Assembly: GCF_004010195.1 (NCBI RefSeq)
Contig: NC_057711.1
Span: forward strand, 82,517,590 to 82,581,589
Direction: 5' to 3'
DNA: 64,000 nt
Source: Chiloscyllium plagiosum
Lineage: Eukaryota
Shown piece after piece: positions 26,136 through 37,625 of the stretch. Positions within the stretch are counted from its first letter, which is position 1; each line of letters begins with the position of its first letter. Position numbers and translations under genes: made by a program. The notes under the pieces were generated by a model. It was not told where the DNA came from. It made no database searches and worked only from the letters and a program-made list of their open reading frames with translations.

Positions 26136-27819
26136 ATTGCAGCATATGCAAACCTCCATTCTTTGTAAAACTTTTATCTCCCTCAACCATCCACCTATTT
26201 CATTCAATACAATCTTGATCCTTGAATGGCTTATTGGATCTTCTGAAGATTGAACTATAGATATGAACCCCTTGATATAACTGCAGTTTGGGTGTTAACT
26301 CTTTATAGGCCCCTCTTGATCTTATCAATTTGTATAGGATTTAATTATGTCCCATACTACAAAAAGCAGCAATCTCTGTATAGGCTTGGTCGGGCTCTAT
26401 TTCTTGCATTATTGGTATATAGCTTCACTCCATTCTCATTCATCCATTGTTATCAGCAAGTATTAAAATCATTGCAAGGAACTTATTTCTCAGCGTGGTC
26501 CGACATTGAAAATTTTCATGGCTCCCTTGGCCATGAATGTTGTCTTCTCATGGCCTGTGTTTTTCACCAGAACATTTTTAAACCTTCCCAACCTACAGTT
26601 CAGTTGCTGGGTATATTGAGATTCATGTGAATTCCATTCATGTTGCTGATGTGACATAATGGGTACTTGTGTTTTTGAGACCATCAGATGATAAATCACA
26701 GGGAACTGGAAATTTGAAGTCTTTTGCGTAGTCTCTGATCTCCTGCCGCAACATTTGAACGTTTTATTCCTTAAAGTTGATACACCTACTAGTATTTTCT
26801 ATTTAACATAGAGGTGAGGAGAGTTTTTTTTTCCCATGGAGGATCGTGAGTCTTGAAAGCATTCCCCAAAACGTGGTTGAAGCAGTGTTTTGGATATTTT
26901 TAAGGCATCGGTAGATGGATTCTTGTTAAGCAATAGGGTGAAAGGTTGAGCAATCCGATTATTTTGTCTGTACAACACAGCAGAGAGTTCAAACTGAGAT
27001 CTTTGTTAAAATAAATTTATGATATCAGCTAGTAGTGTATATGCATCATGGTTGGGGTAAAATGACTACAACAAACTAAGAAGGATATTTGTACATGATT
27101 GTATTTCAATCCAACCACCACCATTTTAATTCAAACAAAGAAAAATATTACATGCATTATCATGTATATTTTGAGTTATCTATGTTACCAAATATACGCA
27201 TGATTGTGTTTAAGCCTCAGCAACTGTTTCTGTTATTCCGGCTAGTCCCACTTTTGTCAGTTTAATTACATGCATGAAACACACAATCTTTAAAGTGTTC
27301 ATTATTTGTGATTTAGTCACATGTGAGTTGTTTTTTTACACCAAATTGGTTGGAATAATGTGCTGTTTGGTTTGATTTCAAAATATTGTCAGCTGATTTA
27401 TGCTGATGCCTTTAATATCTTTTTCTTTTAGTTGAATGATCAACAAGCAATACAGTATTTTAATTTTGTGATTTAGCTGCAAGGTTTCCTTTGTGTTCCT
27501 GCAGTTGAGTCCTCTCTCTCTTGTTCTGTTTGTTTTGTCTGATCACTGGTGGATGTGAAACATTATGACATTTAGGGTTATTAGTCTGATCTTTACCTTT
27601 GAGGGGCTCACTTTTGGATTCTCAGTAATTATTTGGCGTGTCATATTCATTTGATTTTCTTGTTCTGCTGACTTCATTTCAATAGATATTTTTCTCCCTT
27701 AAATTTGACATTGCCATCGTGCACTAACACATCTAAACATGATCTTATTGAATGGTAGTGAAAGCTTGAAGTGCTGAGTTGCCAACTTGTGCTCCTAATT
27801 CATATGTTTGCATGATCAG

Positions 27820-28060
27820 AAATCTTTGCTGGACTCAGCGTTTGATTAGACCAACTGTAATGTGTATAATGTTGCATTTCTGGTAATGATGTAATTATTC
27901 TGATAATTCTGGAGGGCCCATTCTGTCACTTGTTTCTTAAGATCAGGTCAAAGGTTGTTCTGATGCTGCATTTGGTCTTGGGCATCTTTTTCAAGGTGAT
28001 TCATTCTTTTTCATTTTCACACAGCAGTTTGTCTCTGTTGTGATAGTGCAATTACTTAAA
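27820..28060 (-). mobile_element. Decayed pogo/CENP-B-like transposase fragment
   Basis: The minus strand reads KMPKTKC...PDLKKQVTEWAL...NYIITRN across frameshifts, resembling pogo HTH regions. Confidence 0.35.
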
Positions 28061-29152
28061 GAAATAACAAAGGTATGACTTATTATCTAATGCATCATCT
28101 TTGCAAAATAGCTTATATTGATTGATACCACATTTATTATAATATGAGTATGGCTATTAACATGTCTTTCCAATTTTAAAAATTGAATCAGACTTCTAAT
28201 ATGAGTATTGACCTAAACATGCTTTTTCATACCGAGAAAATGGACTGATGTTGTATGCGAGCTGCCTTTTACACTGTTTTCTATTATATATTGAAATTCA
28301 CTGATATTAAATTACCCATTCATTCTGCAGGTTTATTAATATCTTGATATATTTTTCACAATCTCCAATTGTATTAAATACACCTCTTAATTTTAAAGTT
28401 GTCCCTCTGAAACCTAGAGTCCAAATCATTAATGTAACTTGGGAACAGCAATGATCTCAGCACTGATTCCCACTGATCTTTAAAACTCTCTACTTTCCAT
28501 TTCATTATGAGATAGCTATTCATTTTGCTAGTTGTCCCTGACTCTTTAGTCTGCTATGTTCTAATTTATTGAGGGCCTTTGAAAATTCAATATAAGAGTA
28601 AAGCATTTGAGCCCGTGAAACCTGCTCTGTCATTCAACAAGATCCTGGCTGATCTGTCTGTGGTTTTAACTGCATTTTCCTGTCAGCCTCCCAAAACTCC
28701 CTTGTGTATAATCTACCTAACTCATCCTTAAGTAAATTCAATGACTTGTTTTGTGGAAGGTAATTCCACAATTAATGACCCTCGAAAAGAAAAAGATTTT
28801 CCTTTTATATCTCCATCTTAAACAGTGTCCTGTTTCTCCAGGGCCCCATACAGCTGCATTTAAACTTCTCTACTTTTATATTCAATTCCACTTGCAGTAA
28901 ATACCAAATGTTACATTGTTATCATCTTCTCTTCCTATTATTCTTCAAAGAGTTCATGAAACGTGACCTAATTAATGAAGTCATAGAGTTGTAGAGTCTT
29001 GGAGATGTACAGCATAGAAACATACCCTTCAGTCCAACTCATCTGTGCCGACCAGATATCCTAAATTAATTGAGTTCCATTTGCCAACATTTGGCTCAAT
29101 TCCTTCCTAATCAGATATCCATCCAGGTGCTTTTTAAATGTTGTAATTGTAC

Positions 29153-29680
29153 TGTTGTGGGGAACATCACCAGCCTCAGAGTCAGAGTCACCAGCCTCAG
29201 AGTCAGAGTCACCAGCCTCAGAGTCAGAGTCGGGGTTGAACAACAGAGTTTATTTTTTCAAGGAAAGAGACACTAACAGCACAGTGGGTCAGCTGAGAGT
29301 CTTCTCTCCACCCGGACCACATGTCAAGACACTTTTATACATTTTGTAATATAATAGGTCAGTGATGAGGTTATTGTCTTTGTAACATAGTTCATTTATT
29401 GTAAACATTGCAGAATTGTTGATAGTTTCGGTGCAGTCATTGTCAGTTCCAGCACAGCCTTTGTTAATTTCAGTGCGGTCACTGTCAATTTCAACATCTG
29501 CATGGAAGTCCATTACTGTAGTAATGGGCGCTAATCTCTCTTCCCTGCCTATTAGCACTTTGTATTGAGTCCATATCAAACAGTTAGCATTTCTATCAAA
29601 AGTGTTGGCTGGACCCAGACACATCAACAGGCAGTATAAGCTACTCATGTGCATTCTTGTCCACGCCTGCATTAAACTAA
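29153..29680 (-). mobile_element. LTR inserted into a CR1 3' tail
   Basis: Interrupts the CR1 tail at ...aattgtac|TGTTG. On minus, TATAAAA (~29333-29339) lies upstream of AATAAA (~29248-29253). Far boundary uncertain. Confidence 0.5.
29168..29230. repeat. Perfect 21 bp tandem repeat x3 (CACCAGCCTCAGAGTCAGAGT)
   Basis: Three identical units read directly. Confidence 0.95.
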
Positions 29681-29685
29681 TCAAC

Positions 29686-30060
29686 TAGACGGAAATTGCT
29701 GGAAAAAAACTCAGCAGGTTTGGCAGCATGTGTGGAGCAAAAGCAGAATTAACATTTCAAGTTCAGTTATCCTTCTTCAGAACTGATTGTAGATAAGAAA
29801 GGTTGGTACGTAGGCTGAAAGGACGTGCAGATGAACAGTAAACAAATGGAGATGGAGTGGAGAGAGACAGACAGAGAGAGAAAAACAGCAATTGGGCAGA
29901 CAATGGGTGTGTAATGGTCCATCTCCAGCTATCGCTTTCTCCCTTCCCCCACCCCCAACTTTCAGAATATATACCAACATTTTCCTAGCTATAATCAGTT
30001 AAGAAGAAGTGCCATTGGACCTAAAATGTTAGGTTTGTTTTCTTTTCACAAATGCAGGTT
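29686..30060. mobile_element. Penelope-derived element with inverted terminal segments
   Basis: gaaattgctggaaaaaaactcagcaggtttggcagcat...ccttcttcagaactgattgtag on the left and its degenerate inverse ctataatcagtt.agaagaag... on the right. Confidence 0.55.
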
Positions 30061-32639
30061 TTCTCTTAATTTACACTAGGTTTTGTCATTGACAGGAAAA
30101 TTACTCTATTTTAAACAAACATTCTTTAACAAATGGCAAAAAAATTAATTGCACAGCATGACTTAATCCATAGCACTTTAAAACCCAAAACATGTACTAA
30201 TTCATTTACAAATAAGACAAAAACAGACAGTTTGACAAAAATGTGATGGTGGAAACATATAGACAGTGAAAAACAAAATGAGTAGTTCAGCAGTCCAGAT
30301 TACAAAGGGTTGGGTTGTTTCCAGAGTTCTTTTTCGATTGTTTGATGGTGACACAAGATTGTCAGCAGAGTGATGGACAATGTTTGATTCAATAGCTGAT
30401 TGAGTGCTTATAGGACTTTTTTGTAACATAATTATTTTTGTCTTTTTGGAGAGTGAAAGAGATTGTGAAAGATGCATCTTGTTTGCAGGTTTCAGGATGT
30501 TTTTTATTGCATTGCTCTACAGGTCTGTGAAAACTACACTTAAAAAGTAAATCCAAAACACTGTTGCTTGTCAGTTTTTAGTTATCTGAAAAATGCCTGG
30601 TGCCAGTCTGTCTGAAGCATCCACTTCACTGGCCTCAAAAGTAACTAAATACATACAATTCCACTTGATCTTGGTACATTTAGCTATATACTAGTGGGCA
30701 GCTTCTGTTTTCATGTGGTTCTTACAGTATAAACAAGTTGGGAATGGGTAATGTCATGAATATCATGAAATCATTCTAAATTTCTAATAGTAATTTTCTT
30801 CTTGAAATATTTATTTTACTTATTAAGCTAATAAAACTGTACCGTCTGCATCCAACAATGCACATATACCATTCCATATTTCAATTATGTTAGAAAGTAA
30901 TTGTTGCCAAAGGGTTGAGTTTTACATAATATCTCTATAATTTTCTTCATCATTCAGGCCTGCTATGAAAAGCATTAATTTTAAATAACTATCAATCCTG
31001 CAAACAAATCCGAATTCTGCTACACTTCTTGTTGCTATAAATAGTTTAGTTGATGTTTGAAACTGTTATCAGGAATTATAAAACTAAAGTTCAGATGTAC
31101 TCTTGTGCAAGAGTCCAAATTCAGCTGTAATCATAACTGATAGATGTGCCTAATGGTGATTGCTCTCTTTATGGAGCACATTTGAACCTAAGAATTTAAG
31201 AACTAGGAGCAGGAGTAGGCCCCTCGAACCTGCTCCGCCATTCAGTAACATTGTGACTGATCTTTTTGTGGACTCAGCTCCACTTATCTGACCGCTCACC
31301 ATAACCCTTAATTACTTTATGTTCAAAAATCAATGTCTTAAAAATATTTAACAAGGTAGCCTCAACTGCTTCACAGAGCAATGATTCCACAGATTCACAN
31401 NNNNNNNNNNNNNNNNNNNNNNNNNNNNNNNNNNNNNNNNNNNNNNNNNNNNNNNNNNNNNNNNNNNNNNNNNNNNNNNNNNNNNNNNNNNNNNNNNNNN
31501 NNNNNNNNNNNNNNNNNNNNNNNNNNNNNNNNNNNNNNNNNNNNNNNNNNNNNNNNNNNNNNNNNNNNNNNNNNNNNNNNNNNNNNNNNNNNNNNNNNNN
31601 NNNNNNNNNNNNNNNNNNNNNNNNNNNNNNNNNNNNNNNNNNNNNNNNNNNNNNNNNNNNNNNNNNNNNNNNNNNNNNNNNNNNNNNNNNNNNNNNNNNN
31701 NNNNNNNNNNNNNNNNNNNNNNNNNNNNNNNNNNNNNNNNNNNNNNNNNNNNNNNNNNNNNNNNNNNNNNNNNNNNNNNNNNNNNNNNNNNNNNNNNNNN
31801 NNNNNNNNNNNNNNNNNNNNNNNNNNNNNNNNNNNNNNNNNNNNNNNNNNNNNNNNNNNNNNNNNNNNNNNNNNNNNNNNNNNNNNNNNNNNNNNNNNNT
31901 ATTATTCGGATTTTGGAATATCTAGACCAGATTGCAGGGTCTCGACATTATCTGAAAGAGATACTCCCCAGCCAAGGTGTTCAGATAATTTAGGTTACTC
32001 TGAACACTTTTTTTTCAATTTTTGTGGGATGTGGGCACCACATTGTCCTTGAAGCTGATTGCAAGTTGTCACCAAGTTCTGGAATTCCATCTCCATAACT
32101 TTGGACCCAGTGACCAGTAGAAAAAGAGCAAGGACGATGTAGTTGTAAGTCAGGGTGGTTTATGATTTGGAAGGAAACCTGCTGTTGTGATGCATGTGTT
32201 GCCTTTATTGTTCCAGGTGGTAGAGTGCTGAGATTTGAAAGGTACTGTCAAATCATAATGGTTTTTGCTGGTAGTAGTAAATTTGGGTTTGCTCATATGG
32301 ATTGATGGGGCCTTCTAATCCTTCTGCTAAACAGGTTACTATTAACTGCCATTTCAACCCAGGTTGTGATTTTGCTAATAACATCGGGCTAAGATTGACT
32401 GATCTGGCAGAATCATTAATTCTTTTTGAAGTTTCCAAAATAGTGAAAATCCTAGCCTGAGATATTCAGCTTTCCTGGTCTGTAAAAGCCCACATGAGAA
32501 TGGCCAGTTTGGATAGCTTGAGGACAGTTGTCTTCTGCTTTTTCCAAGATGGTCTTTTATGTCCTTGATTTATGCCTTCATTTGAAATCCTATCCAGTAC
32601 AAGTTTTACAATGTTAAGAACAGAACTGGGAAAAAGACA

Positions 32640-32949
32640 TGCACGGTGGCACAGTGGTTCGCACTGTTGCCTCACAGCACCAGAGATCTGGGTTCAATTC
32701 CCGCCTCAGGCGACTGACTGTGTGGAGTTTGCACGTTCTCCCCGTGTCTGCGTGGGTTTCCCCCAGGTGCTTCGGTTTCCTCCCACAGTCCAAAGATGTG
32801 CAGGTCAGGTGAATTGGCCATGCTAAATTGCCTGTAGTGTTGGGTATAGGGGTAAATGTAGGAGTCTGGGTGGGTTGCGCTTCGGCAGGTCGGTGTGGAC
32901 TTGTTGGGCCAAAGGGCCTGTTTCCATACTGTAATGTAATCTAATCTAA
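32640..32949 (+). mobile_element. HE1-type V-SINE, full length
   Basis: tRNA-like A/B boxes (tggcacagtgg, ggttcaattcc), V-domain tgtgtggagtttgcacgttctccccgtgtctgcgtgggtttcc, CR1-derived tail and (aatct)n. Confidence 0.92.
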
Positions 32950-33234
32950 GTCACTTTTATGCAATGTTTTCCCACATGGTTTACATCTTACTCACCCACA
33001 TGAAGTGGCCATATCAGGCAGAAGTTTCTCAAACTATTCGTGTTAAGCCATTTTAAGAAATGAAAATTAGTATACCCATCAATCTAGTATTAACATTTGT
33101 ATTAATCAAGTCATTCCTACCAAAACAGTATCTTAAAGTTCTCTAGAAATGTTACTTTTTCTATTGCTCTATCTCCTACCTTGGACAGGGAGCAGCAGAT
33201 GCTAATATTAGCATTTCATGTATGTCCTACTGTA

Positions 33235-33695
33235 AAGGAAAAATGTGGAAGCTAGGGAACTTGGGGAATATTGGTTTCATAGGTTGCATTACAGAAGTGG
33301 ATACATCTCAGATCTGATCAACTGTATCCAAGACATTACAGAAGAAATTGCAGTGCCCCAGCACAGGTGTTTAGATCTTCTACAGCCATGGGCAAGGTGC
33401 CAGAGGATTGGAGGGTGCCTAATATGTCTTAAAGGCTATAAGGAGAAGCCTGGGAACTACATACCAAAGAGCCTGATGTCAGTGGTGGCTATGTTGTTTG
33501 GATGGGATTGAGAGGATTTGCGTGCATTTGGAGAGGCGAGGACTAATTAGGGATGGTTTTGCATGGGAAATTGCCACAGACTTGAGATTTTGAGGACAAA
33601 GTTAGAGGGCAGAGTGGTAGACATTTGTCTTTGTGCACTTCTGGGTTCTGCATGATGGATTAAAGTTAGATCTCATGGGATTCAGGGAGATCTTA
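33235..33695 (+). mobile_element. Decayed CR1 RT fragment
   Basis: KEKPGNYIPKSLMSVV motif, colinear with the other CR1 RT copies. Confidence 0.65.
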
Positions 33696-33989
33696 ACTTT
33701 ATATAATTCACAAGCTAGGTCACTTCATCTGATTCCACACTTGTGCCTCATACAAAGTGGGAAAGTATGGTTTTCCATTGACTTTAAATGCTTTTTTTAA
33801 TGTTTAATGCTGAATTAACCTCCAATTCCAACAACTGAAATGATCAGTTTTTTTGATCAGGATCCCTCTCCTAACAAACATAAAAGCACATTAAATTAGA
33901 AGTACAAGTAAGTTACTGTTTTCTTGGACAGATTTTTAGCAGCCTTGGACATTGATAAAATTCCAGATGTACTGTTTATTTGCATTGAA

Positions 33990-35797
33990 AACTATAATGC
34001 AAAGGGTGTGTTTTAAAGGTAATTGGAGAGTGGGCTGGTGTCACTGAGGAAACTCACTTTGGCGTGGCAATCCTGATGGTGTATCTGCTAGTGAGAGGCA
34101 ACTGAAGGCACCCACGTTTACCACTTGGCCTCCCAAGTCATGTTCCAACTTGTAATTGCATGTACTCTGAATAACAGCCCACTACGGAATTCAACCAGAA
34201 ACTATGGGTAGCATAGCCCTGTCCTCTTTTAAGTTGCCCATCAGGGGTTTGTGGTCCACTACTATTTCAAATTTACATCTGTAAAGGTATTGCTGTAACT
34301 TTTCTACACCAAAGACGACTGTCATATCATCCTTTTCTATCTGGGCATATCTTTGTTTGGTATTAGCCTAAGTCTGCTACGCATCTGCTGTTGGGCTTCC
34401 TCTTTGCTGGGCCACTGGTGAGCCAACACCACCCCAATATTATGAGGTATCACATATCAGCACCACATCTTGCTTGGGTTTGTAGTGTACTAATATCTTA
34501 GACAATGATAGCTGCTGCTTTACTTCCCTAAAGGTTACATCTTGGTAACGAGACCAAGGTCTTACCCAAACTTAAGGCTTAGACTCCAGAATGAGTTTTA
34601 GTAAAGATTGGTTCCACAATCACTGATACAGCCACACTGGCATTGACCTCCATCAGAACTGGTGCTGATTTAACCAGACATTTATTTTGATTAGGAGACA
34701 GTAAGGACTGCAGATGCTGGTAGTCAGAATTAATAAATGTGAAGCTCGAAGAGCACAAGTCGTCAGACAGCATCTGAGGGGCAGCAAAGTCAACATTTCA
34801 GGTCAAAACCTTTTGTTTTGATTTGTATGGGGCTAAGCTATTTGACTGTTCCAAAGCAGCGGTAGGTAGACTTTCTAGGGTCTGTACACTCCTGGATACT
34901 GATCTATGATTACTGATTCAATTTAGGTCTAATGGGATTCTGTTGTCTCGATTCCATTTACCAGCACCAATGGCCTGCCGGCCCAGATGCTTGAGAAAAT
35001 TGTTGGGGTTTTGCTGTGGGCTGGCCTAGATTCCTATGCAATTGTCTTTACTCACGCACTGTCCCCTAAGCTCAGTCGCCTTGGTAAGGGTAGCCACTTT
35101 TGTCAGAATATCTTGTAACTCAAGCTCCTTTTGTCACATTTTGCCATGACAAAGCCAGCAGTAGCACCTGTTTGAAGTTCAATGCTGGCTTGAGCTAGTA
35201 GGCACCTCCTTAATCCCACATACCAAACAGTGTCTTAGCATCTTACTTTGTTCAAACCTAAAATCACACACCTCTGCCAGTAATCTTAATTAATCAAAAT
35301 TCCTGATATGGATTTTCATGGTTCTCAAACTCCCTCGTAAAACAGATAGCATCTCCAACTTATACTAAAGCCCCAAGCTACCTCTACCTTCACTAAATCT
35401 GTCAACGTTTGAAAGGTTTGCATAGCTGGAGGCTCCTAATAACTGCAAAAACTGTAGGTCCATACAGTCAAAATTCACCTGTTGCTTATCATCTGCCCCA
35501 ATGTCATTTTCTTGGGAAAATGAATGCCTTCTTTCCAGATACTGAGCCCAATGGCACGATTGAAGAAGTCAAGCCTCAAAAAAGCCAGAAATGCTAACCC
35601 CCCAACTTGAAGATGACTGTTGTAAGCAAATGTCTTCAGGGATGTGTTTTTCTCTTGATGCTACTGAATTAGCTCCACAAAGGCTGGTATCCTGTCACCA
35701 AATCCCCCTTTTTTTTTTTTTTACACACATGCAAAGTACATGACACTGACCCAACTAGCAGAGTCTTGAGTGAGCAGAAACCCTGACAGTCCTGTTT
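33990..35797 (-). mobile_element. Decayed Gypsy/Ty3 retrotransposon (gag, protease, RNase H; RT deleted) with the downstream part of its 5' LTR
   Basis: Minus strand: gag RHCLVCGI (~35210-35235), protease LMEVNASVAVSVI (cf. MEVDTGAAVSVI, ~34620-34660), RNase H YAQIEKDDMTVVFGVEKLQQYLYRCKFEIVVDHKPL (~34240-34355). Degenerate PBS at ~35652-35663 and LTR segment at 35665-35797. Confidence 0.8.
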
Positions 35798-37344
35798 GTT
35801 TTGTTTTATTTTATTAAACAATTACATAATTTTATAGTTTTGTAAAATATAAGCATTTACAGCTGTTATACAAGAGACGGCAATTTTACAAGGGAGAGGA
35901 GCCGCAAAACCAGGCCCCAAACCCTACCATTCAACCAGTTTACAGGGAAATGAGGACAAACTGCAAATCCCAGTTTCAAGCATGACAAGACAGCAACAAT
36001 GACATTTGTACATAAAAGTGCATACACTACAGACCCAGCAAACCCCTGCCCCTCCCACCTTCTGGTTCTCTGTCCGCCTAGACACCTTTCAACCACCTCT
36101 AAGACAGCCCGCCGAGGGTGACAGCGGTCAGGACGGCCTACCCAGCTTCACTAACTGCCCTCAGCACCTTCCAACCAGCTCTAGCACAGCCCACACCGGT
36201 ACCTGCCCGGGGTGACAGCACTGAGGATGGCTACCCGCCTTCCGGCTCTCTGTCTGCCCCTACATACCATTGGGATCTCAGCCAGCCTGCTGCACTGTCT
36301 GGCCCGTGGACTACCCTGACACCTTCCGGCCACCTCTAGGACATCCCGTCCTCTTTCCCCTGAGACAACAGCGTGTGGGGCAGCCCTCAAGCCTTCTGGA
36401 TCTTGCCCTGCCCCTACACGGCTTCTGGCTCTTGGCTGCTCTGACACACCTTCCGGCCTCTAGGACAGCCTGTCCCGCTTACCCCTTCTCGGGACAACTG
36501 CGCTCAATGACCCACCCACCTTCTGGCTTTTGGGGCGACCTACCCACCCTCCAGCTTTCAGGACAGCCTACTAACCTTCAGGTTCACAGGATGGCCGACC
36601 CCCCTCCAGCTCTCTGGGTGACAGCTTTCTGGATGATCCATGAGCCTCTGCCTCCCAGATCACAGTCAGGCCTGCCAGACCCAGGGGGACACAAGACAAT
36701 GCAGGTGATAAGCCCCACAAGAAACATGAGAGAGAGTTAATTGTGAACAAACTAGAGTCTTCAATATATACAGAGTGCATTCTCATGAACAGAGTCCACT
36801 CCAGTTTACAAGGTGCATTGTCAGAAGTGGAGTGCACTCCAAACTGCAGAGTCCACCACTAAAAACAGGTTCCACATCCAAGGGCAGAGCCCACTCCAAA
36901 GGCAGCACACAGGTGTTCAGGCTCCATGGAGTCCTAGCACATCCTTAGAGAGCCAGGGCCACTCACAGGAACACAGTATGTTTTAAAGGTGCAGTTAACT
37001 CACAGGAGTTTTGGTCCACTCCTGAAGGCAAGGTCTTCTCCCAAACTCCAGGATACAGCAAGTGCTTACCTCCCAGCACACGCACAGGTGTTCAATCTTC
37101 AGAGGCCTAGTCCCAGAGTTAGGCCTCCTGACAGGAATAGATCATATGGTAAAACGTATGTCTTCCACAAGGGCTCAGTCCAAACACCAAAAAAAAAGTG
37201 AAGACACATACAAAACAAAACAAAGAAAACTAGAGTCCAAGGGCTAAGCCCTACCACAAAATTAACATTTCTCTTTTTAACTTTTGAGAAAAAGGACAAA
37301 GAGTAACACCCAGGCTGCAACCAGCCAGTGAAACAACCCCCTAA

Positions 37345-37625
37345 TGAGACAATAGACAAATAGGTGCAGGAGTAGGCCATTCTGCCCTTCGAGCCAGCAC
37401 CACCATTCATTATGATCATGGCTGATCATCCTCAATCAGTATCCTGTTCCTGCCTTATCCCCATAACCGTTGATTCCACTATCCTGAAGAGCTCTATCCA
37501 ACGCTTTCTTGAAAGTTCCCAGAGACTTGGCCTCCACAGCCTTCTGGGGCAGAGCATTCCATACACCCACCACTCTCTGGGTGAAGAAGTTTCTCCTCAA
37601 CTCTGCTCTAAGTGGCCTACCCCTG
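37345..37625 (-). mobile_element. CR1 3' tail inserted into array unit 1
   Basis: aataggtgcaggagtaggccattctgcccttcgagccagcaccacc tail. It splits cccctaatgag|aactgagttacacc, which is contiguous in the other units. Confidence 0.85.

Noticed and set aside
29168..29230. CRISPR-like array or acidic repeat protein (DSDSEAG)n
   Set aside because: There are no spacers, the context is eukaryotic, and it is a simple tandem repeat inside an LTR.
32640..32715. tRNA genes (also SINE heads at ~25620-25690, 45290, 47760-47828, 50475)
   Set aside because: These are tRNA-derived SINE heads continuing into the V-domain and LINE tail, not standalone tRNAs.
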